A DNA stretch of 62,844 nt, counting the filler, from Candidatus Ancaeobacter aquaticus (lineage in GTDB: Bacteria > Auribacterota > Ancaeobacteria > Ancaeobacterales > Ancaeobacteraceae), in NCBI GenBank assembly GCA_030765405.1. It is 5 parts of 5 records of this genome, joined end to end, with 100 filler letters (N's around TTAATTAATTAA, not from the genome) between each part and the next. Parts side by side here need not be neighbours in the genome. Positions count along the whole stretch, not along the records: positions 9,002 to 23,447 come from JAVCCP010000053.1; positions 23,548 to 38,859 come from JAVCCP010000057.1; 3 more parts are not named here. One strand, written 5' to 3'. Shown piece by piece: positions 18,142-26,906 of this stretch (positions are counted from its first letter, which is position 1; each line of letters opens with the position of its first letter). Both the position numbers and the translations under genes were made by a program. Below the pieces are notes generated by a model, which was not told the DNA's origin, did no database searches, and worked only from the letters and a program-made list of their open reading frames with translations.

Positions 18142-19842
18142 ATGAACAATAAAACAAAGCATATTAGCCTCTTAATAGCTTTTCTAGTTAGTTTTATATT
18201 TACCACTAAAGCTTTCCCCTTCCCAGCAGATATCGAAGACATAAGCGGTAAAAAATATTTCCAAAAAACGAAACAATCCTTAGTAAACGCAAAAGAATCT
18301 ATACATGTCGTGATGTTTGTCATGCGTGTATCAAAACAGAAGCACAACACAAAACCCCAGCAATTAGTTAATGAACTGATCAATGCACATAAAAGAGGTG
18401 TTGATGTAGAAGTGATACTTGATCAGAACATTGACTTTTTGAATAAGCGATCAAAGAAACTGCAAAAAGAGATTAAAAGCATGGAGGCATATAAACAGCT
18501 GAGAGATGCCGGTGTGAAAGTATATTATGATGATTCCACGCGCTATACACATGCTAAAGTTATTGTTATTGATGGGGCAACAGTGATTCTTGGTAGTACA
18601 AACTGGACAAAAGCGGCTTTGGAAAGAAACATTGAGGTAAGTGTATTAATAAATTCTGATCAAATGGCGAAAGAGATACTTGAGTACATAAAACAAATAA
18701 AACGTAACAAAGAGATAGAGACATATGTCAGTAAAGCACAAGAGGTCGTACCAGTAAAAATAGAGTTTATGAAAAATCCTGAACATGGACCACAGATGGT
18801 ACATAAACATGCTGAACGTGTATTTGATGTTTATTTGTTTTTGTTGAAAGAATATGACGGTAACACTGAAGGTAGAATAACATTGTTTTATGATACAGTC
18901 GCAAAATATTTGGGGATGGATTTAACTGATCGAACAGCATACAGAAGACAGATCATAAAGGTGTTAAGAAAACTTGAAACCAGGCATAAATTAATAAAGT
19001 ATGTGCCGCGGCATGCGAAAGAAGCGAGAATTACTTTGCTTGATTATGATGATAGTGAAAAAGCATATAGTGATCCGAAAAAGAATCTGTTTGAGTTACC
19101 GGAAGATTATTTTGATTATGGATGGCGAGGGAATTTATCTTTTAGTGGGAAATATTGTTATTTTATTAATTTGATTAATGCGGGTGCTAATGGGGTTACG
19201 GCTAAACGTGTTTCAACAACTAACCATGTTCCACCGCGTAGGAGTCACTTTGTGCCACCTACGCGGAGTAACCCAACTAACGGTGTTTCAACTGACGGTG
19301 TTTCAGCTAATAACCATGTTCCACCGCGTAGGAGTCACTTTGTGCCACCTACGCGGCGGGGGCCACCTACGCGGAGTAATATTGTGAGTGGGGGTGTGTG
19401 GTCAGAGAGTCTTGCTGATATAACTGAAGAGTATGGGGGTGTTAGCCAGGATGTTATCTGTAAGGGGATGGATGAGCTTAGGCGAAAGAGATTAATTGAA
19501 GTGGCATATGATACTTTAACCGGTAAACCGTACGAGAAAAGATCACCAAAGATATATAAAGTATTAAAATTATATGATTTTGAGAAATTACTGAATAAAC
19601 TTAAAAAGGTAGAGGATAAATATGGTAAAAAGGAATATAATATAGCTAGGGGATATGCTCAAATAGTTTTTGAAGAATATCATCCTGAAGCAATAGAAGA
19701 TATAATACTTAAGACTAAAGAATACGGTAAAGAAAAGGTTGAAAAGGCGTTTGATATAGTTGCCCAGAAGAATAAGGATAATCCTAAGAGGAAGTACAGC
19801 TATGTTGTGGGGGTGTTGGAGAACTGGGGGATTAAAAAGTAG
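18142..19842 (+). CDS. Fusion: signal/TM segment + PLD (HKD) nuclease-like domain + wHTH-like region + DnaD-like tail
   Basis: HAKVIVIDGATVILGSTNW HKD motif; C-terminal SYVVGVLENW; in-frame repeat-derived insert around 19200-19390; track start TTG 18133. Confidence 0.7.
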   Translation: MNNKTKHISLLIAFLVSFIFTTKAFPFPADIEDISGKKYFQKTKQSLVNAKESIHVVMFVMRVSKQKHNTKPQQLVNELINAHKRGVDVEVILDQNIDFLNKRSKKLQKEIKSMEAYKQLRDAGVKVYYDDSTRYTHAKVIVIDGATVILGSTNWTKAALERNIEVSVLINSDQMAKEILEYIKQIKRNKEIETYVSKAQEVVPVKIEFMKNPEHGPQMVHKHAERVFDVYLFLLKEYDGNTEGRITLFYDTVAKYLGMDLTDRTAYRRQIIKVLRKLETRHKLIKYVPRHAKEARITLLDYDDSEKAYSDPKKNLFELPEDYFDYGWRGNLSFSGKYCYFINLINAGANGVTAKRVSTTNHVPPRRSHFVPPTRSNPTNGVSTDGVSANNHVPPRRSHFVPPTRRGPPTRSNIVSGGVWSESLADITEEYGGVSQDVICKGMDELRRKRLIEVAYDTLTGKPYEKRSPKIYKVLKLYDFEKLLNKLKKVEDKYGKKEYNIARGYAQIVFEEYHPEAIEDIILKTKEYGKEKVEKAFDIVAQKNKDNPKRKYSYVVGVLENWGIKK

Positions 19843-20400
19843 TGTTCCACTGCGTAACCCGTGTTCCACCGCATAGGAGTCACTTTGTGCCACCTACGCG
19901 GAGTAACACTATGGCCGACTGCGGTGGTGGTGGGGATGGGTAAACTGTGTTCCATAAACCATGTTCCACCGCGTAGGAGTCCCTTTGGGCCACCTACGCG
20001 GAGTAACACTGATTAGCAGGCTCGAAGAGCCTCAACGGGAGGGGATAAAAATGGAAATGAAAGAACAAGGGAATGTGGAAAAAGAAGTAAAATCGTCTTG
20101 TAAGACTAAGGGTGGTGACGGAGCTTGTGGCGTTGCTGTATACGGGCTCGGTATTATTGGTGCTGCGATATATTACATATCAGCTGCAACAGGTTTTTGG
20201 CCTGGGGTAGTAGGGTTTTTAAAAGCGCTCGTATGGCCGGTATTTTTAGTTTATGAAGTGCTTAAGTTTATAGGCGCTTAAGATACAAGCACGATTGTAG
20301 TGTTTTTACCGTGTCGGTGGGATAAATCGTGTTCCACCGCGTAGGAGTCACTTTGTGCCACCTACGCGGAGTAACATTGGGGCCACCTACGCGGAGTAAC
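19228..20400 (+). repeat. Cluster of 45-bp hairpin repeats (REP/RPE-like)
   Basis: GTTCCACCGCGTAGGAGTCACTTTGTGCCACCTACGCGGAGTAAC at 19228-19272, 19318-19380 (duplicated right arm), 19863-19907, 19963-20007 and 20331-20375 (extra right arm to 20400); CCGCGTAGG/CCTACGCGG stem. Confidence 0.92.
20051..20281 (+). CDS. Small membrane protein
   Basis: GGAGGGG RBS before ATG 20051; YGLGIIGAAIYYI...FWPGVVGFLKALVWP hydrophobic core. Confidence 0.7.
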   Translation: MEMKEQGNVEKEVKSSCKTKGGDGACGVAVYGLGIIGAAIYYISAATGFWPGVVGFLKALVWPVFLVYEVLKFIGA

Positions 20401-20428
20401 ACTCCGGAGTGATTTTGGAAAAAATATT

Positions 20429-21304
20429 ATGAATAATGAAAACAGTGAGCTGATCGAAAATTTAAAAAAACATGTGATAAAACTTTCTGATGAAATCGGT
20501 GATCGGAGTGTTTTTAAATATGAGCAACTCTGTGAGGCGGAAAAATATATTACTGAAGAGCTTGTTTCTTACGGATATACGGTTACGTTTCAAGAATACA
20601 CAATACTTAACAAGCAGGTAAAAAATATTATTGTTACAAGGCGCGGAACAAAGACCCCTGAAGATATGATTATTGTTGGTGCACACTACGATAGTACTTT
20701 AAATCCCGGTGCGGACGATAATGCCAGCGGTGTTGCAGGACTTCTTGAGCTTGCACGGTTCATGGCAGATAAAAATACCGGCTCAACAATAGAATTTGCC
20801 GCTTTTCCCGCTGAAGAACCGCCATTTTTTGATTCTGAAGATATGGCTAGTCTTGTGTATGCAAAAGCAGCTAAAAAAGGAAAAGTAAATATTAAGGGTG
20901 TTCTCATACTTGAAATGATAGGGTATTTTGATAAGAAGCCCCGAACCCAGACGTATCCTAATTTTGCCGGGGCACTTGTTTATCCCAACAGGGGAGACTT
21001 TATAGCAGTTTTGGGAAATCTTAAATCCATTAATCTTGTTGGTGCAATACGATCCTGTTTTAAGAAGCAGTCACGGTTTCCGATGAAACCAATTATCACC
21101 TTCAATTATGCTTCTGCAGTACATTTCTCTGATCACTGGGCATTCTGGCAGGAAGGCTATCGCGCTGTGATGATAACCGATACATCTTTTTACCGGAACC
21201 ATCATTATCATACTGAAACTGATACGTACGATACGCTCGATTATGAAAGTATGGCTGAGATTGTGAGGGGTCTGAAAGGAACGCTTATTGAATTGGGTAA
21301 GTGA
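20429..21304 (+). CDS. M28-family metallopeptidase
   Basis: GAHYDS, PGADDNASG, AEE, LEMIG and SDH zinc-ligand motifs. Confidence 0.9.
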   Translation: MNNENSELIENLKKHVIKLSDEIGDRSVFKYEQLCEAEKYITEELVSYGYTVTFQEYTILNKQVKNIIVTRRGTKTPEDMIIVGAHYDSTLNPGADDNASGVAGLLELARFMADKNTGSTIEFAAFPAEEPPFFDSEDMASLVYAKAAKKGKVNIKGVLILEMIGYFDKKPRTQTYPNFAGALVYPNRGDFIAVLGNLKSINLVGAIRSCFKKQSRFPMKPIITFNYASAVHFSDHWAFWQEGYRAVMITDTSFYRNHHYHTETDTYDTLDYESMAEIVRGLKGTLIELGK

Positions 21305-21338
21305 TACGTAGTATAATAAACTATTAAAGAGGGGATAT

Positions 21339-22238
21339 ATGAAACTGACAAATGATCTGTTTAAGATTGATGCCGCAAAAACAGCGGAAGTAGCCTCGGA
21401 ATTTATAAAAAAAGAAGTCAAGGAGCTGGGAAGGGACGGAATAGTTGTCTCTATGTCTGGCGGGCTCGATTCGAGTGTTGTGGCATCGCTCTGTGTTAAA
21501 GCGTGTGGCACGGATAATGTTGTCGGTCTTATGCTTCCGGAAAGGCAGGGAAACCCGGAAGCTGAGATTTACGCGAAACAGGCTGCCGCTTTTCTTGGTA
21601 TCAAAGCCAAAAAGATAAATATATCGAGAAATTTGAGGGCTATTGGAACATATAGGGCCGCAATATCTTATATACCGACTAAGAAGCTGAGAGATTTTGT
21701 CGCAAAAAAATTCATGTCTTCAAGTAATGACAATTTTCTTCTAGAGAATTTGAAAGGATCGAAGACAAAGCTGATGAGAAATGCGGCTGCGAGTATTTAT
21801 TCGAAACAGAGAATACGAGCTGTTGTACTCTATAAATTTGCTGAGGAAAATAACCTGCTTGTGGTCGGTGCCGCACATCTTACCGAAGACCTTGTCGGTC
21901 TTTTTGTTAAGTTTGGCATAGATGATGTTGCTGATGTGATGCCAATAAAGAAGCTGTTTCGGACACAAGTAATGCAACTGGCAGAATATTTGGAACTGCC
22001 AAAAGAAATAGCCGGAAGAAAACCGAATCCCGATGTTATTCCGGGAATAGATGATAAATATTTCGGTATGCTGGGAATATCCGCTGATAAGATCGATCTT
22101 CTGCTGTATGGTCTGTTGCATGATGTTAGCAGTGACGATATTGCCAGCCAGCTTGATATTGAGAAGAGAAAAGTAGAGGAAGTTAAAGAATTGATACAGT
22201 TATCGGATCATATGCGAAACCCATCGCTCGCTCCGTAG
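21339..22238 (+). CDS. nadE: NH3-dependent NAD+ synthetase
   Basis: SGGLDSSV PP-loop; no glutaminase domain. Confidence 0.85.
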   Translation: MKLTNDLFKIDAAKTAEVASEFIKKEVKELGRDGIVVSMSGGLDSSVVASLCVKACGTDNVVGLMLPERQGNPEAEIYAKQAAAFLGIKAKKINISRNLRAIGTYRAAISYIPTKKLRDFVAKKFMSSSNDNFLLENLKGSKTKLMRNAAASIYSKQRIRAVVLYKFAEENNLLVVGAAHLTEDLVGLFVKFGIDDVADVMPIKKLFRTQVMQLAEYLELPKEIAGRKPNPDVIPGIDDKYFGMLGISADKIDLLLYGLLHDVSSDDIASQLDIEKRKVEEVKELIQLSDHMRNPSLAP

Positions 22239-22291
22239 ATATAAATATACACATTGTAAATTTTTATAATCTAAAACAAAAGGAGATTAGT

Positions 22292-22702
22292 ATGAAGCTT
22301 TACGTGGGAAATTTATCTTATGAGGTTACTGAAGATGATTTACGGTTGGCTGTAGAAACATTCGGGACGGTTGAATCTGTCAACATCATAATGGACAAGT
22401 TTAGTGGTCGACCAAAAGGATTTGGATTTGTGGAGATGTCCTCCAAAGAAGAAGGGCAAGCGGTAATCGATGGCCTAAATGGTAAAGAGCTAAAAGGCAG
22501 AGAGCTTAATATAAATGAGGCTCGTCCTCGCCCAGAAGGTGGTAGCAGGGGTGGACCAGGTGGTAGCAGAGGTGGGCAAGGTGGTAGCAGAGGAGGATAT
22601 GGCGGTAGCAGAGGTGGGCAAGGTGGTAGCCGTGGAGGATATGGCAGTAGCAACAGAGGTGGGCAAGACCGTGGCAGAGGAGACTCAAGGGGTAACCGTT
22701 AG
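22292..22702 (+). CDS. RRM RNA-binding protein with Gly/Arg-rich tail
   Basis: KLYVGNL (RNP2), KGFGFVEM (RNP1); GGSRGG repeats encoded by ~21-nt tandem units. Confidence 0.95.
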   Translation: MKLYVGNLSYEVTEDDLRLAVETFGTVESVNIIMDKFSGRPKGFGFVEMSSKEEGQAVIDGLNGKELKGRELNINEARPRPEGGSRGGPGGSRGGQGGSRGGYGGSRGGQGGSRGGYGSSNRGGQDRGRGDSRGNR

Positions 22703-22768
22703 ATTCTAATTATCAACATCGATAAATGGTTGCTGTAACCGTTTAAATAAAATAAATGAAAGGGGGAT

Positions 22769-23143
22769 GTGATGGTAGGGAGAAAATATGTATTATCTGC
22801 GGCTGTTCTAATTGCTATACTCGTTGGGTTGTCTTTCCAGAATGTTATGGGGGCAGGGCTATCTAAAATACCGATAGATCTGAAGAAAGTGTCTGAAGAG
22901 GACAGAGATAAAGAGATATTAAGAGTTGGCATAATAGCAGAATATGACGCCATAAATCTGTATGAACAAATGGCGGCGTATGCAAAAAATCCCATGATAA
23001 AAAAAGTTTTGCTTGATGTTGCAAGAGAGGAAAAGATTCATATAGGAGAGTTTCAAGCTCTTTTAATGAGTATTGATAAAGAACAGCTTGAGGAAATGCA
23101 AAAGGGTGAAAAAGAAATAGAGGAAATGATGGAAAAAAAGTAG
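22769..23143 (+). CDS. Ferritin-like protein (EncFtn/Flp type) with N-terminal hydrophobic extension
   Basis: AEYDAINLYEQ and REEKIHIGEF di-iron motifs. Confidence 0.75.
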   Translation: MMVGRKYVLSAAVLIAILVGLSFQNVMGAGLSKIPIDLKKVSEEDRDKEILRVGIIAEYDAINLYEQMAAYAKNPMIKKVLLDVAREEKIHIGEFQALLMSIDKEQLEEMQKGEKEIEEMMEKK

Positions 23144-23447
23144 ATTGAATACCATTTTCTAGCGAAGAGATATATATGAATCGTGTGGGTGAAAAGATTG
23201 GCTGGGTTGGAGGATGGATTGGCGGGTTTCTCTGGATTTTAGGATTTTGTGTCGTATGGATGTTTTAGGGTGAAATGCTCTATGGATTAAGAAAATCTAT
23301 TTTTAACGGTGATGTTTTCGGGTGGATTGTAAAGTTAAATGCCGTAAATAGTGGTCATTTTTCATTTAAGCTGCGATCTCCTGAAGTTCTCTTTCAAACC
23401 CCTGTTGAGCAGATTGAAAATTTAGTATCTTGCGTGGGTAATTATTA

Positions 23448-23547
23448 NNNNNNNNNNNNNNNNNNNNNNNNNNNNNNNNNNNNNNNNNNNNTTAATTAAT
23501 TAANNNNNNNNNNNNNNNNNNNNNNNNNNNNNNNNNNNNNNNNNNNN
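23448..23547. other. Artificial contig linker
   Basis: N44-TTAATTAATTAA-N44. Confidence 0.97.
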
Positions 23548-23740
23548 CATTGATCGTTACTCCTCTTTCCTTTTCTTCAGGGGCATTATCAATATCATCA
23601 AACTTCTTCAAATCCGCTAATCCTTGCTTTGCCAATGTTCCGATTATCGCTGCAGTGAGTGTTGTCTTACCATGGTCCACGTGCCCGATCGTTCCAATAT
23701 TTACGTGCGGCTTTGACCTTTCAAATTTTTCTTTTGCCAT
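23548..23740 (-). CDS. tuf: Elongation factor Tu, 5' part (cut by gap)
   Basis: [27 protein letters not shown]...RGVTIN. Confidence 0.97.
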
Positions 23741-23752
23741 TTCTCTCCCCCT

Positions 23753-25822
23753 TTATTTCCTATTTAATATCTGCTCTTCTATATCCTTTGGCACCTTATC
23801 GAAATGAGACGGTTCCATCGAATAACTTGCCCTGCCTTTCGTAAGAGATCTCATAGATGTCGCATAGCCAAACATTTCTTTTAACGGTACTTCCGTACGA
23901 ATAATTCTTGTTTTTGCTTTTGATTCAATATTGATAATTTTCCCTCTGCGGGAATTAATATCACCTATGATATCACCCATATATTCTTCCGGGGTCGTTA
24001 CATCTACTTTCATGATCGGCTCAAGTATGATAGGTTTTGCTTTTCTTACCACATCTTTAAACGCTATTGATGCAGCCATTTTAAATGCAATTTCGGAAGA
24101 ATCAACATCATGATATGACCCGTCTTCAAGCGTAACCTTTATATCAACAACAGGATATCCGCCGATAACACCTGTCTTAGCGGCCTCTTCAAGACCAGCT
24201 TTTACCGGTTTTATAAATTCTTTCGGTATAGCACCGCCAACAATTGCGTTAACAAATACAAACCCTGACCCTTTTTCAGTCGGCTCAATAGATATTTCAA
24301 CATGTCCGTACTGTCCGCGCCCCCCGCTTTGCTTTATAAATTTACCTTCAGCTTTAGCCGGGATAGTAATCGTTTCTCTATACGCAACTTGAGGAGCACC
24401 TACATTTGCCTCAACTTTAAATTCTCTAAACATCCTGTCCTTGATAATATCCAGATGCAGCTCGCCCATTCCAGCAATAATAGTCTGACCTGTTTCAATA
24501 TTTGTTGCTATTTTAAATGTAGGATCTTCCTCAGTCATTTTATGCAAAGCAATCTGAAGTTTGTCTCTATCGCCAGCCGTTTTTGGTTCAATGGCCATTG
24601 AAATAACTGGTTCAGGAAAGAGCATTGATTCAAGCACTATTTTATGTGAGTCATCACATAAAGTATCGCCCGTAGACACGCCTTTTAAGCCTACTGCGGC
24701 AATAATATCACCGGCATTCACCTCATCAATATCTTTTCTATCATTCGCATGCATCTCAAGAATACGGCCAAGACGGTCTTTCGTTTTTCTGCAGGAATTA
24801 TATACTCCTGACCCTTTCTTTATTGTGCCGGAATATACTCTCATATAGGTCAATTTACCGACAAATGGATCAGTCATTATTTTAAATGCAAGCGCGCTGA
24901 ACGGCTGTGAATCATCTGCTTCGCGTACTTCCTCATGATCAGTAGATGGATTAATACCTTTAATAGGAGGTATATCAAGCGGACTTGGTAAATACTGCAC
25001 TACTGCATCTAAAAGCTGCTGCACCCCCTTGTTCTTAAATGCTGTGCCGCACATCACAGGGACAATAAGGCCATCAAGCGTTGCTTTTCTTATAACGGTC
25101 ATCAATTCTTCTTTTGACGGCTCGTGACCATTTACATATTTCTCAAGAATAAGCTCATCTTCTTCAGCTAGGGCCTCAATCAGTAAGCCTCTATATTCAT
25201 TTGCCTGACTCTTTAATGCATCAGGTATTTCTTCCACTACAAACTCTGCACCCATTGCATCAGATGTATATCTGAGCGCCTTCATCTGGACAAGATCAAT
25301 AATGCCCTCAAACTTTTCTTCTGCACCGATAGGCAACTGTATGGGAACTGCTCGCGCACCTAACCTATCTTTCATCATTTCTACAGAACCAATAAAATCA
25401 GCCCCTACACGATCCATCTTATTTACAAACGCTATTCGCGGAATACCATATCTATCAGCTTGCCGCCATACTGTCTCAGATTGCGGCTCTACACCGCCTA
25501 CTGAACAAAATACCGCAATAACACCATCAAGAACTCTTAATGACCGTTCAACTTCAGCCGTAAAATCAACATGTCCCGGCGTATCAATAATATTAATCCT
25601 AAAATCCTGCCAGAAACACGTTGTCGAAGCAGACGTAATGGTTATACCTCGTTCTTGCTCCTGTGGCATCCAATCCATTACCGCAGTACCTTCATGTACT
25701 TCTCCAAGTTTATGGACCTTGCCCGTATAAAATAAAATACGTTCGGTTGTAGTCGTTTTACCTGCGTCTATATGTGCCATTATTCCAATATTTCTAATTT
25801 TATCTAACGGAAACTGTCTCAT
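23753..25822 (-). CDS. fusA: Elongation factor G
   Basis: [29 protein letters not shown]. Confidence 0.98.
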   Translation of the reverse strand: MRQFPLDKIRNIGIMAHIDAGKTTTTERILFYTGKVHKLGEVHEGTAVMDWMPQEQERGITITSASTTCFWQDFRINIIDTPGHVDFTAEVERSLRVLDGVIAVFCSVGGVEPQSETVWRQADRYGIPRIAFVNKMDRVGADFIGSVEMMKDRLGARAVPIQLPIGAEEKFEGIIDLVQMKALRYTSDAMGAEFVVEEIPDALKSQANEYRGLLIEALAEEDELILEKYVNGHEPSKEELMTVIRKATLDGLIVPVMCGTAFKNKGVQQLLDAVVQYLPSPLDIPPIKGINPSTDHEEVREADDSQPFSALAFKIMTDPFVGKLTYMRVYSGTIKKGSGVYNSCRKTKDRLGRILEMHANDRKDIDEVNAGDIIAAVGLKGVSTGDTLCDDSHKIVLESMLFPEPVISMAIEPKTAGDRDKLQIALHKMTEEDPTFKIATNIETGQTIIAGMGELHLDIIKDRMFREFKVEANVGAPQVAYRETITIPAKAEGKFIKQSGGRGQYGHVEISIEPTEKGSGFVFVNAIVGGAIPKEFIKPVKAGLEEAAKTGVIGGYPVVDIKVTLEDGSYHDVDSSEIAFKMAASIAFKDVVRKAKPIILEPIMKVDVTTPEEYMGDIIGDINSRRGKIINIESKAKTRIIRTEVPLKEMFGYATSMRSLTKGRASYSMEPSHFDKVPKDIEEQILNRK

Positions 25823-25993
25823 TTTCAAAGAACCTTATGTTCGTATCTCGTATCTAGTAGCTCGTATCTAGGAATTCTACATCTGAAAACCATACTGCAT
25901 GTTACTACTAAAAACTATGAACCCTTTCATCTCTATCTTTTAAGTCCTCGTTCTTTCTCGATACACTATGCACGAGACACGAAAACCGAGTCT

Positions 25994-26467
25994 TTACCAC
26001 TTATAATGTGCAAACGCTTTGTTTGCTTCTGCCATCTTGTGCGTATCTTCACGTTTCTTTATAGAAGAACCCACGCCTTTGTATGCATCAATAATTTCTG
26101 TTGCCAAGCGCTTTCCCATAGGTTGCCCCTTACGTGCGCGAGAATAGGTAATAATCCACTTGATCGCGAGCGTTACTCTCCGGTCAGGAGATACTTCTAT
26201 AGGCACCTGATATGTCGCGCCACCAATTCTTCGAGACTTTACTTCAAGAAGAGGCTTAACATTATCAATAGCTTTTAAGAACACTTTTACAGGCTCTTGT
26301 TCTTTTGTCTGCTCTTGAACGGTATCAAGCGAAGAATAAAATATTTTTTCAGCAATACTTTTCTCGCCATCTACCATAAGCATGTTAATAAATTTTGCTA
26401 CTAATACATTCTTAAATTTAGAATCAGGTATAACTTTACGTTTTGTTGCTCTTCTTCTTCTCGCCAT
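25994..26467 (-). CDS. rpsG: 30S ribosomal protein S7
   Basis: RRIGGATYQVP, MAEANKAFAHY. Confidence 0.98.
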   Translation of the reverse strand: MARRRRATKRKVIPDSKFKNVLVAKFINMLMVDGEKSIAEKIFYSSLDTVQEQTKEQEPVKVFLKAIDNVKPLLEVKSRRIGGATYQVPIEVSPDRRVTLAIKWIITYSRARKGQPMGKRLATEIIDAYKGVGSSIKKREDTHKMAEANKAFAHYKW

Positions 26468-26522
26468 TACTTTCCTCCGTTACATAATACTGTTACTGCA
26501 TTTCGTATATACACAGTCTCAT

Positions 26523-26897
26523 TTAACTCTTTGGTCTTTTCGCACCATAGTGTGAACGACTCTTCTTTCTATTTTCAACGCCCATAGTATCTAGCGTTCC
26601 CCTCACTATATGATATCGTACACCCGGCAAATCTTTTACTCTTCCGCCTCTCACAAGAACAATAGAGTGTTCCTGAAGATTATGCCCCACGCCTGGTATA
26701 TACGCCGTTACTTCAACGCCATTTGTTAAACGAACACGAGCTACCTTTCTCAGTGCGGAATTTGGTTTTTTAGGCGTCTGCGTTTTTACTAGAAGACATA
26801 CTCCTCTACGCTGAGGACATTTTTTAAGTGCGGGAGATTTTGACTCATATTTCTTCGGATTTCTCCCAAATCGTATTAACTGATTAATAGTCGGCAT
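26523..26897 (-). CDS. rpsL: 30S ribosomal protein S12
   Basis: [22 protein letters not shown]. Confidence 0.98.
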   Translation of the reverse strand: MPTINQLIRFGRNPKKYESKSPALKKCPQRRGVCLLVKTQTPKKPNSALRKVARVRLTNGVEVTAYIPGVGHNLQEHSIVLVRGGRVKDLPGVRYHIVRGTLDTMGVENRKKSRSHYGAKRPKS

Positions 26898-26906
26898 GCA
26901 ACCCCC

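Noticed and set aside
19961..20050. N-terminal extension of ORF 19961-20281, and ORFs 19178-19387 and 19800-20009
   Set aside because: These frames are translations of the 45-bp repeat; the RBS supports ATG 20051.
19150..20300. G/T-rich drift near the repeats as DGR-like hypermutation
   Set aside because: No reverse transcriptase and no TR/VR pair with adenine-specific mismatches; strand skew is a sufficient explanation.
19228..20400. 45-bp GTT...AAC repeats as a CRISPR array
   Set aside because: Gaps are irregular (about 45, 480, 55 and 320 nt) and contain genes; the repeat is long with duplicated half-arms; no cas genes are present.
23548..23740. tuf fragments as pseudogenes
   Set aside because: Both stop at assembly gaps with intact sequence; explained by repeat collapse.
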